Shown in pieces: positions 23,313 to 31,231 of a DNA stretch of 32,000 bases (its first letter is position 1; each line of letters begins with the position of its first letter). Origin of the DNA: Horticoccus luteus (lineage in GTDB: Bacteria; Verrucomicrobiota; Verrucomicrobiia; Opitutales; Opitutaceae). The notes beneath the pieces were generated by a model. It was not told the origin of the DNA and searched no databases. It worked only from the letters and a program-made list of their open reading frames with translations. The position numbers and the translations under genes are program-made. The DNA lies in assembly GCF_019464535.1 (NCBI RefSeq), contig NZ_CP080507.1, positions 3,990,001 to 4,022,000 of the forward strand. The letters run 5' to 3'.

Positions 23313-24712
23313 TGCTTCGTCAACCCGAGATCATTCTCCGCCTTACGGCGACCCAGCACGACCAACTCAAGCGAACCCTCTTTCCCGGTGACGGCAAAGA
23401 ATCGGTCGCGGTGGCGCTCTGCGGCACGCATCGTAGCGCCCAACGCACCGTGCTCAGCGTGCATCGGATCAACGCCGTGCCGGACGAAAGTTGCACCGAG
23501 CGGAGTGCGGTTTCCGTCGTTTGGCCGACCGAACCACAGGTGCCGCTCTTCTCAGAGGGCGCGAGAAAAAAGATGGTGGTGCTGAAAATTCACAGTCATC
23601 CGTCGGGATTTCCCCGGTTTTCTGGCCTGGATGACAAAGCCGACCGTGCCTTGCTCGGGAGCTTGCTCAAGCTCGCGCCGAACGAAATCGGCCATGCGAG
23701 TGCCGTGATGCTGCCCGAGGGGAAAATCTTCGCGCGTCTCCTCGGGGGTGAGGGGCGATTTTCGAAAATCGCTCGCGTGGTGGTCGTGGGCGATGAAATC
23801 GTCAGCTTTGAGGACAGCCGTTCGATCAAGGGAGCGCTGTTTGATGAAGCCTTCCTGCGGACGCAGCAGGCATTCGGTGCCAGAACGGCTTCGATGCTCT
23901 CGAAAATGCGCGTTGGCGTCGTGGGTTGTTCTGGCACGGGGAGCTGGGTCGTCGAAATGCTGTCTCGACTCGGTGTTGGTGAACTCGTGCTCGTTGATCC
24001 CGATGTGATCGAGCGGAAGAACCTCAACCGTATCCTCAACAGCGTGGCGAGCGACGCCGCGGCGGCGCGCCCCAAAGTGAAGGTGTTCGCCCGTGCCATC
24101 CGACGCCTGGGTCTTGGCACGAAGGTGACGAGTTATCAGACAGACATTCTCCAGCGCAAAGTTGTCCACTCCTTGGCGGGCTGTGATTTTCTGTTCGGTT
24201 GCGTCGATTCTGCCGATGGCCGGGACGCGCTGAATCGGGTCGCTGCCTTTTACATCATCCCCTACGTTGATGTGGGTGTGCTCCTGCAAGCGGATGGGAA
24301 AGGCAGCGTGCAACAGGTCTGCGCCGCGGTTCACTATTTGATTCCCGACGGCTCAAGCCTCCTCAGCCGCCGCGTCATCACTGCTGAGCAGGTGCGCGCT
24401 GAATCGCTACGCCGGCGCTCTCCCGATCAATATGCGGCCTTGCGGAAGGAAGGCTACATTCAGGGCGTAAATGTCGATAGCCCGGCCGTGATCAGCATCA
24501 ACGGGTTTGCGGCGAGTCATGCGGTGAACGAGATGCTGGCCCGGATTCATCCGTTCCGACGCGATGCCAACGGCGAATTTCGTGCGCAGACTTTTTCGTT
24601 GTCTGACGGTGCGTGGTTGAGGATCGAAGACGGTCCGGTATGCCCGTTTCTTAGCAAGCGGACCGGTCGTGGAGATTGTGAGCCGATGCTCGATAACTCG
24701 GAACTGTCATGA
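23312..24712 (+). CDS. JAMM/JAB metallopeptidase domain fused to ThiF/E1-like adenylyltransferase (466 aa)
   Basis: Exact JAMM motif HSHPSGFPRFSGLD (H-x-H-x7-S-x2-D) from 23591. E1 Rossmann MRVGVVGCSGTGSWVVEMLSRLGVGELVLVDPDVIERKNLNR and FLFGCVDSADGRDALN. TAATG overlap with the E2 gene. Confidence 0.85.
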   Translation: MLRQPEIILRLTATQHDQLKRTLFPGDGKESVAVALCGTHRSAQRTVLSVHRINAVPDESCTERSAVSVVWPTEPQVPLFSEGARKKMVVLKIHSHPSGFPRFSGLDDKADRALLGSLLKLAPNEIGHASAVMLPEGKIFARLLGGEGRFSKIARVVVVGDEIVSFEDSRSIKGALFDEAFLRTQQAFGARTASMLSKMRVGVVGCSGTGSWVVEMLSRLGVGELVLVDPDVIERKNLNRILNSVASDAAAARPKVKVFARAIRRLGLGTKVTSYQTDILQRKVVHSLAGCDFLFGCVDSADGRDALNRVAAFYIIPYVDVGVLLQADGKGSVQQVCAAVHYLIPDGSSLLSRRVITAEQVRAESLRRRSPDQYAALRKEGYIQGVNVDSPAVISINGFAASHAVNEMLARIHPFRRDANGEFRAQTFSLSDGAWLRIEDGPVCPFLSKRTGRGDCEPMLDNSELS

Positions 24713-25065
24713 CCAAGAAATTCCTGCGCTGGATCGAACGCCTCTTTCGCACGACCAAGGATAGCGCCGAGGCGTTCCAATGGGCCAAGGTTGAACATTT
24801 GCCGACGCCGTTGGCGGAGAAAAAAATTTACGTGCTGGGAGACGACGAATGTGAATGGGCGGCTGCGATGGCCTGTCCTTGCGGCTGTGGATCGACCATT
24901 CACCTAAGCTTGGCTCCCGATAGTCGGCCCACTTGGCGCGTGCGGCGTCACCGCAACGGCACGGTCAGTCTCTTGCCCTCGGTTTGGAGAACCGTCGGCT
25001 GCCGGAGCCATTTTGTGCTCTACAAGGGCCGAATCTTTTGGTGCCGCAACGAGCCTTTCGAATAG
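24709..25065 (+). CDS. Small Cys/His-rich protein (118 aa), DUF6527-like
   Basis: C56-P-C58-G-C60 cluster plus C98-x-x-H101 and C112. ATGA overlap with the E1 stop. The family name is from memory of this gene neighbourhood. Confidence 0.65.
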   Translation: MTKKFLRWIERLFRTTKDSAEAFQWAKVEHLPTPLAEKKIYVLGDDECEWAAAMACPCGCGSTIHLSLAPDSRPTWRVRRHRNGTVSLLPSVWRTVGCRSHFVLYKGRIFWCRNEPFE

Positions 25066-25117
25066 AAAGGCCGCGTGCCTTATGAGGCCGGCGCGGTGAG
25101 GCTTGCCGCGCGTTACT

Positions 25118-25441
25118 TCACTGCCCTGCGGTCATGGTGTTGGTGCTCCCGGGGTTCATGGTGGTCGCCGTGAGGTTGGCGTTTGTCGTCAGAGGGTTAG
25201 TGTTGGTCGTCGGAAGGTTTAGGTTTGTCGTCAGAGGGTTAAGGTTTGTCGCCACGAGGTTTGTATTGGTCGCCACGGGGTTAGTGTTTGTCGCCGGAAG
25301 GTTAGTGTTGGTCGTCGGAGGGTTAGTTTTGGGCGACGGAGGGTTAGTGTTGGTCGTCCCGAGGTTAGTGTTGGTCGCCACAAGGGTCAGATTGGCACAA
25401 AACGCCGGAATAAGGGCTCCGCCCGAAAGCGTCTGTGCCAA
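25118..25441 (-). CDS. Possible Thr/Asn-rich heptad-repeat protein encoded by the 21-bp repeat
   Basis: The minus frame reads ...LPATNTNPVATNTNLVATNLNPLTTNLNLPTTNTN... using GC-ending codons. However, it only has a TTG (25439-25441) or an internal GTG start and no clear signal peptide. Confidence 0.3.
   Translation of the reverse strand: MAQTLSGGALIPAFCANLTLVATNTNLGTTNTNPPSPKTNPPTTNTNLPATNTNPVATNTNLVATNLNPLTTNLNLPTTNTNPLTTNANLTATTMNPGSTNTMTAGQ
25153..25404. repeat. About 12 tandem copies of a degenerate 21-bp unit (consensus GGTTAGTGTTGGTCGTCGGAG)
   Basis: Units start at 25153, 25174, 25195, 25216, 25237, 25258, 25279, 25300, 25321, 25342, 25363 and 25384, with exact 21-bp phasing. Confidence 0.9.
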
Positions 25442-25800
25442 CGCGTGCGGGAACGTCTTGGCGCCCTCTTCGTGCGTGCGGCAAGTCGGCGATTCGTCGC
25501 GGCGACTTCAAAGGCAGCGCGGACGGACCGCCGACGAAAGCGTTCATGCGCGACGCGTGCCGGACGCCCACTACCATGACCCGCCGCCTGGCGGTCGCGA
25601 TGAGCGAAACGGTTTTCTCCTCCCCGCGGCGGAACGTCGGCCGTTCATTTGCGTGAACCTTCAACGGGGGATACGTTCTCACAACTCTCGGCAACAGAGT
25701 GAGTCAGCCGCTTCCCGCCCCTGCTCCGGACCCTTTCCCGTCCCTCATCCGGCCGGCGAAACCCGGCGGCACCGGCGAAAAACGACCCCTCCCTTTACCT

Positions 25801-26835
25801 ATGAAAAAGAAAAACACGCGGCAGCTCGGCATGATCGGATTGGGGCGGATGGGCGGCGCGATGGTCCGGCGCCTCCTCAAGGACGGCCACCGGTGCGTCG
25901 TCTTCGACCGCTCGCCCAAGGCCGTCCAAGCGTTGACGAAATTCAAGGCCACCGGCGCGTCCTCCCTCGCCGATCTCGTGAACAAACTTCAGCGACCGCG
26001 CGCGATCTGGCTGATGGTCCCGGCGGCAGTCGTCGATGCCACCATCGCCGATCTGACGCCGTTGCTCGATCCCGGCGACATCCTCCTCGACGGCGGCAAT
26101 TCCTACTACGTTGACGATCTCCGTCGCGCCAAGGAGCTCGCGCAGCAGGGGCTGCATTACGTCGATGTCGGCACCAGCGGCGGAGTGTGGGGCGGCGACC
26201 GCGGCTATTGCCAGATGATCGGCGGCGAGGCCGCGATCGTGAAGCATCTCGATCCGATCTTCGCCTCCCTCGCGCCGGGCCGCGGCGATATTCCGCGCAC
26301 GGCAGGCCGGAAGAAACCGGGCAACACCGCCGAGCAGGGCTACCTGCACTGCGGCCCGAACGGCGCGGGCCACTTCGTGAAGATGGTCCACAACGGCATC
26401 GAATACGGCATGATGGCCGCCTACGCCGAGGGCCTCGCGGTGTTGCGCGCGGCGAACGTCGGTCATCAAACGATGAAGGTGAGCGCCGAGACGACTCCAT
26501 TGCGCCACCCGGCAAACTACCAGTTTGACCTGCCGCTGGATGACATCGCCGAAGTGTGGCGGCGCGGCAGCGTAATCGCATCGTGGCTGCTCGATCTGAC
26601 GGCCAACGCGCTGGCGGCCGACACACATCTTACGCAGTTCGAAGGGCGGGTGTCCGATTCCGGCGAAGGTCGCTGGACGGTGAAGGCCGCCATCGACGAA
26701 GGGGTGCCGGTGCCCGTGCTCAGCGCGGCACTTTACGCGCGGTTCAGCTCGCGCGGGCAAGCGGACTATCAGGACAAAATCCTTTCGGCCCTCCGCTTCC
26801 AATTCGGCGGTCACGCCGAGGAGCCCATTCACTGA
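25801..26835 (+). CDS. gnd: 6-phosphogluconate dehydrogenase (decarboxylating), short Gnd-like form
   Basis: [16 protein letters not shown] Rossmann motif, DGGNSYY, and GTSGGVWG...GYCQMIGG motifs. Confidence 0.9.
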   Translation: MKKKNTRQLGMIGLGRMGGAMVRRLLKDGHRCVVFDRSPKAVQALTKFKATGASSLADLVNKLQRPRAIWLMVPAAVVDATIADLTPLLDPGDILLDGGNSYYVDDLRRAKELAQQGLHYVDVGTSGGVWGGDRGYCQMIGGEAAIVKHLDPIFASLAPGRGDIPRTAGRKKPGNTAEQGYLHCGPNGAGHFVKMVHNGIEYGMMAAYAEGLAVLRAANVGHQTMKVSAETTPLRHPANYQFDLPLDDIAEVWRRGSVIASWLLDLTANALAADTHLTQFEGRVSDSGEGRWTVKAAIDEGVPVPVLSAALYARFSSRGQADYQDKILSALRFQFGGHAEEPIH

Positions 26836-26849
26836 GAACGCCCCAACCG

Positions 26850-28442
26850 ATGAAATTAAAATCTCCCGCCGCACCGTCCAGGACACCCGACCACGCATCC
26901 GGACAACTCGACCCAACCGTGTTCGCCATCTTCGGCGGCGGCGGCGATCTGACGTGGCGGAAACTGATCCCGGCGCTGTTCGACCTCTCGCAGGATCGCA
27001 GCCTGCCCGGGAAATTTTCGATCATCGTCATCGATCGCATGAAGCTCGGCGATCGCGCGCTGCGGTCCCGCCTGCGCGACGGCGTCGGACGTTTCTCGCG
27101 TTTCGGCAAACCGCCCGCCGCCGCGTGGGACGCGTTCGCCGCGCATGTCTTTTATCAACAGGGCGACTTCAAGGATGCGGGCACCTACACCGCGCTCGGC
27201 AAGCGTTGTCTCGCGCTGGAGAAGTCCTGGGGCACCCGTGCGCATCGCATTTTCTATATGGCGACGCCGCCTTCGATGTTTGGCGAGATCCCCAAATATC
27301 TCGGACAAGCCGGCCTCGCGCAGGATCGGGAGTGGTCCCGCATCGTCGTGGAAAAACCCATCGGCTACGACCTCGAGTCGGCGCGCGCGCTCAACACGGT
27401 GTTGGGCGCCAGCTTCGCGGAGTCCCAGATTTTTCGCATCGATCACTACCTCGGGAAGGAAACGGTGCAGAACATCCTGGCGTTTCGTTTCGCGAATCCG
27501 CTGTTCGAACCGCTGTGGAATCGCCGCTATGTGGAGCATGTGACGATCACCGTGGCGGAAGCGGTGGGCGTTGAGCATCGCGGCGGTTATTACGATCACG
27601 CCGGCGCGCTGCGCGACATGGTGCAAAACCATCTCATGCAGTTGCTCTGCCTCGTCGCGATGGAGCCCATGGTGTCGTTCAAGGCGGACGAGATCCGCAA
27701 CAAGAAGGTGGACGTGCTGCACGCGATCCGGCCGCTCCACCACGACCAAGTGCGGCACCAGACCGTGCGCGGACAATATGGCGCGGGGCGCAGCGCGGGG
27801 AAAAAAGTGGTCGGCTACCGGCAGGAGGATGGCGTGGCGGCGGATTCGCCGACGGAGACCTTCGCCGCCCTGAAGCTGCAGATCGACAACTGGCGCTGGC
27901 AAGGCGTGCCATTCTATCTGCGCACGGGGAAACGACTGCCGCGCCAGGCCTCCGAAGTCGTGATCCAATTCCGCGCGGTGCCGCATCAGGCGTTTCCCTC
28001 CGATACGTCGCTGCGCTGGCAACCCTCGCGGCTGACGATGGTCATCCAACCCGATGAAGGAATCGTGCTGGGATTTCAGGCGAAATATCCCGGCGCGAAA
28101 ATGCAGCTGCGGCCGGTGGACATGCGATTCAACTACCGCGACAGCTTCTCCGCCCCCTCGCCCGACGCCTATGAAACGTTGCTGTGGGACGTGATGAAGA
28201 ACGACGCCACGCTCTTCATGCGCGCCGACCAGATCGAAGCGGCGTGGCGCTTGCTGAAACCGGTGCTCGACATGTGGTCGGCCACGCCGCCGAGCGATTT
28301 CCCCAACTATGCCGCCGGCACGTGGGGTCCGGAAGCCGCGCAAGACCTGCTCGAGCCCGGGCACCACTGGCCGGTGCCAATCGATTTGCGAGCCGTCGAG
28401 GTCAAGACGCCGCCCGCACGCTCCAGGAAGGTGCGCCGATGA
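26850..28442 (+). CDS. zwf: Glucose-6-phosphate 1-dehydrogenase
   Basis: [25 protein letters not shown], and EKPIG motifs. Length is 530 aa. Confidence 0.95.
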   Translation: MKLKSPAAPSRTPDHASGQLDPTVFAIFGGGGDLTWRKLIPALFDLSQDRSLPGKFSIIVIDRMKLGDRALRSRLRDGVGRFSRFGKPPAAAWDAFAAHVFYQQGDFKDAGTYTALGKRCLALEKSWGTRAHRIFYMATPPSMFGEIPKYLGQAGLAQDREWSRIVVEKPIGYDLESARALNTVLGASFAESQIFRIDHYLGKETVQNILAFRFANPLFEPLWNRRYVEHVTITVAEAVGVEHRGGYYDHAGALRDMVQNHLMQLLCLVAMEPMVSFKADEIRNKKVDVLHAIRPLHHDQVRHQTVRGQYGAGRSAGKKVVGYRQEDGVAADSPTETFAALKLQIDNWRWQGVPFYLRTGKRLPRQASEVVIQFRAVPHQAFPSDTSLRWQPSRLTMVIQPDEGIVLGFQAKYPGAKMQLRPVDMRFNYRDSFSAPSPDAYETLLWDVMKNDATLFMRADQIEAAWRLLKPVLDMWSATPPSDFPNYAAGTWGPEAAQDLLEPGHHWPVPIDLRAVEVKTPPARSRKVRR

Positions 28443-29092
28443 GAACGCCGCGCCGGATCAAAACATTGTTCGTCGACATCGGCGGCGTGCTGCTCACCAA
28501 CGGCTGGGATCATCCCGCGCGCCGGCGCGCCGCCCGGCACTTCCAGCTCGACGCGGCGGAAATGGAGGCGCGGCATCACTTGAGTTTCGAGACCTTCGAG
28601 ATCGGCCGGCTGACGCTGGACGCCTACTTGAATCGCGTGGTCTTTCACCAACCGCGCCAATTCACCCGCGCGCAATTCCGGCATTTTCTTTTCGCCCAAT
28701 CGCAACCGCTGTCCGACATGCTCGCTTTGGTTCGCGCGCTGAAAGTCCGCCACGGGCTCAAGGTGGTTGTCGTGAGCAACGAAGCCCGCGAGCTCAATGC
28801 GCACCGGATCCGCACCTTTAAGCTCACGGACTTCGTGGACGTGTTTGTCTCCTCCTGCTTCGTGCAGCTCCGGAAGCCCGATCCCGCCATCTTTCGCCTC
28901 GCGCTCGACCTCGCCCAAACGCCCGCGAGCGAAACGATCTATCTCGAGAACACCGCCCTCTTCGTCGACGTCGCCGCGGGCCTGGGCATGCGCGGCATCG
29001 TGCACGCCGACTATGCGAGCACGCGGGTGCAACTCGCGGCGCTGGGTCTGCGCGTCGACGACGACCGTGAGCCGACTCGTAAACACCGCTAA
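28439..29092 (+). CDS. HAD-superfamily hydrolase
   Basis: Motif [15 protein letters not shown], and a K-P-D motif (LRKPDPAIF). ATGA overlap with the zwf stop. Confidence 0.85.
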   Translation: MRTPRRIKTLFVDIGGVLLTNGWDHPARRRAARHFQLDAAEMEARHHLSFETFEIGRLTLDAYLNRVVFHQPRQFTRAQFRHFLFAQSQPLSDMLALVRALKVRHGLKVVVVSNEARELNAHRIRTFKLTDFVDVFVSSCFVQLRKPDPAIFRLALDLAQTPASETIYLENTALFVDVAAGLGMRGIVHADYASTRVQLAALGLRVDDDREPTRKHR

Positions 29093-29149
29093 CCCAACCC
29101 CGCTTCCGCGCGGCCCGCGCAACATCGTTTTATAGAGAGGAATTATATC

Positions 29150-30169
29150 ATGCAAAAATCATCATTAAACGAAACGGCGCGCGCCCTCTTCGCGGACGGC
29201 AAGGGACTGCTCGCGATGGACGAGAGCACGCCGACCTGCAACAAACGCTTCGCCCAGCTGGGCATCGCCCAGACCGAGGAAATGCGCCGCGCCTACCGGG
29301 AATTGATCGTCACCGCGCCGGGACTCAACGAAAGCATCGGCGGCGCTATTCTCTATGATGAGACCATCCGGCAGAAGAAGGCAGACGGCACGCCGTTTAT
29401 CAAAATCCTCGAAGCCGCGGGAATCATTCCCGGCATCAAAGTCGATGCCGGCGCGAAGCCCCTCGCCGGCCATCCCGGAGAAAAGATCACCGAAGGTCTC
29501 GACGGCCTGCGCGGCCGTTTGAAGGACTATGCGGGCATGGGCGCGCGGTTCGCCAAGTGGCGCGCCGTGATCGCGATCGATGATCAACGACCCAGCCGCA
29601 GCGCACTCGAAGCCAACGCCCACGCGCTCGCTCGTTACGCCGCGCTGTGTCAGGAAGCGGGCCTCGTCCCGATCGTCGAGCCAGAGGTCTTGATGGACGG
29701 CGAGCACACCCTCGAACGCTGCGCCGCCGTGACCGCGGAAGCGCTCCATGTGGTGTTCGACCAACTGCACGGCCAACGCGTGCGACTCGAAGAAATGATC
29801 CTGAAACCCAACATGGTGCTGCCCGGTCTTGCCTGCCCGTGCCAACCCTCGGCGGATGAAGTGGCGGATGCGACGCTGACGTGCTTTCTGCGCGCCGTGC
29901 CCGCGGCGGTGCCGGCGATCGCGTTTTTGTCCGGCGGCCAATCCGCGGAACTCGCGTCCGCACGGTTGAACGAGATGAACGTGCGTTTCCAATCGCGCGC
30001 GCCTTGGGCCGTGGCGTTTTCGTTCGCCCGGGCGATCCAACAACCTGCGTTGGACTTGTGGCACGGCGATGCCGCCAACGTCGCCGCCGCGCAAAAGGCC
30101 CTCGTGCATCGCGCCCGTTGCAACCGCGCGGCGCGCCGCGGCGACTACAGCGCGGCCATGGAGAAGTGA
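29150..30169 (+). CDS. Fructose-bisphosphate aldolase, class I
   Basis: GKGLLAMDESTPTCNKRF, ILYDETIRQ, and LKPNMV (Schiff-base Lys region). Confidence 0.9.
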   Translation: MQKSSLNETARALFADGKGLLAMDESTPTCNKRFAQLGIAQTEEMRRAYRELIVTAPGLNESIGGAILYDETIRQKKADGTPFIKILEAAGIIPGIKVDAGAKPLAGHPGEKITEGLDGLRGRLKDYAGMGARFAKWRAVIAIDDQRPSRSALEANAHALARYAALCQEAGLVPIVEPEVLMDGEHTLERCAAVTAEALHVVFDQLHGQRVRLEEMILKPNMVLPGLACPCQPSADEVADATLTCFLRAVPAAVPAIAFLSGGQSAELASARLNEMNVRFQSRAPWAVAFSFARAIQQPALDLWHGDAANVAAAQKALVHRARCNRAARRGDYSAAMEK

Positions 30170-30257
30170 GCACGGCGACACCTCGCACCGTGATCCGTTC
30201 GCTGCGCCGTCCGCCCATCCTGGCGACCAGCAGCGTTCTCGGACGGTTCGCCTGACT

Positions 30258-31187
30258 TTACGGGCTGCCCCGGCGTAGCAACGCCTCGATCGCGCGCCGC
30301 GACGGCGCGGAGGGCTGGGCGCCTTGCTTGGTGACGGAAACCGCCGCGGCGGCCCCGGCCCAGCGCACGGCGTCGAGGAGTGGCTGCCCTTCACCCAGCG
30401 CCACCGCGAGGCTTCCGTTGAAAACATCGCCCGCCCCGGTGGTGTCGACCGGCTTCACCTTGAAGCCCGCGATCCGCTGCTGGCCGGCGGCATTCGCGAC
30501 CCAGGCGCCGCGGGCGCCCAGCGTGATGATCACAGTCCCGACGCCGCGCGCCCGCAGACGGTCCGCCGCCCGAGCCGCACTCGCATCGTCGGTGATGGAC
30601 ACGCCGGTCAGCAGCTCCGCCTCGGTTTCATTCGGCGTGAGAATGGAAACCCGGTGCAAGAGCGCATCGGGCAGCGGTTGAGCGGGCGCGGGATTCAGGA
30701 TCGCGCGCACGCCGTGCGCCGCCGCCCACTGAATGGCCGCATTCACACCGGCAAGCGGCGTTTCCAATTGGGCGAGCAGCACGTCGGCGCCGGCGATCAT
30801 CGGCCGTGCGCGTCGGATATCGGCGGGCGAAAGACGCGCGTTGGCCCCGCTCGCGACGGCGATGCTGTTCTCTCCGCCGGCGGCGACGGAGATGAGCGCC
30901 ACACCCGACGGCTCGCGCGCGTCGCGGCTCACGAGACTCACGTCGATCCCGTCGGCCTCGAAACCGCGGACGGCTTGATCGCCGAAGAGATCGCGCCCCA
31001 CCTTGGCGACCAACGTCACGGCGCCGCCCGCCCGCGCCGCGGCCACCGCTTGGTTGGCGCCCTTGCCGCCTGCGGCCGTAAAAAACTTGCCGCCGAGGAG
31101 TGTCTCGCCCGGCCGCGGCAAGCGGTCGAGCCGGACGATCATGTCGGTGTTGGAACTGCCGATGACGACGATGCGCGGTTTGTTCAT
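30258..31187 (-). CDS. rbsK: Ribokinase (PfkB family)
   Basis: VIGSSNTDM, GGKGANQAVAAARAG, and DTTGAGDVFNG motifs. Confidence 0.9.
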   Translation of the reverse strand: MNKPRIVVIGSSNTDMIVRLDRLPRPGETLLGGKFFTAAGGKGANQAVAAARAGGAVTLVAKVGRDLFGDQAVRGFEADGIDVSLVSRDAREPSGVALISVAAGGENSIAVASGANARLSPADIRRARPMIAGADVLLAQLETPLAGVNAAIQWAAAHGVRAILNPAPAQPLPDALLHRVSILTPNETEAELLTGVSITDDASAARAADRLRARGVGTVIITLGARGAWVANAAGQQRIAGFKVKPVDTTGAGDVFNGSLAVALGEGQPLLDAVRWAGAAAAVSVTKQGAQPSAPSRRAIEALLRRGSP

Positions 31188-31231
31188 GCGGGAAACGGTT
31201 CAGTTAAAATGATACAACGTGGTTTCGCTCG

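Larger units (their letters stand above)
5264..25700. mobile_element. Putative integrase-less, mosaic genomic island adjacent to tRNA-Glu
   Basis: It starts directly at a tRNA 3' end. It contains RadC-like and DUF932-like (decayed) mobile-element hallmark genes, a metal-resistance cargo and a defence-like cargo, and is flanked by housekeeping genes. GC looks lower by eye at 5.3-7 kb and 20-25.4 kb. I found no integrase or att repeat, so the boundaries are approximate. Confidence 0.4.

Noticed and set aside
25153-25404. Possibility that the 21-bp repeat array is a CRISPR array
   Set aside because: The units are directly contiguous with no spacers and are degenerate. No cas genes are present.
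19700-25800. Search for a direct repeat of the tRNA-Glu 3' end (attR) and for an integrase
   Set aside because: By eye I found no copy of TTCGAATCCCCGTGGGGACGCCA, or a substantial part of it. No recombinase-like ORF occurs in the window. The island call therefore stays at low confidence.
25134-26114. 326-aa plus-strand ORF starting in the 21-bp repeat and continuing into gnd
   Set aside because: It uses TTA/AGG/AGA/TTT codons that are otherwise rare in this window. It gives a Val/Leu/Gly/Arg repeat and then runs out of frame through the gnd gene.
25795-28367. Long minus-strand ORFs (25795-26916, 26856-28367) antisense to gnd and zwf
   Set aside because: The sense strand encodes textbook Gnd and Zwf motifs. 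The antisense ORFs are GC-driven open frames.
29165-30427. 420-aa minus-strand ORF antisense to the class I aldolase
   Set aside because: Same reasoning as above. The aldolase frame is strongly supported and the antisense product is Arg/Gly-rich.
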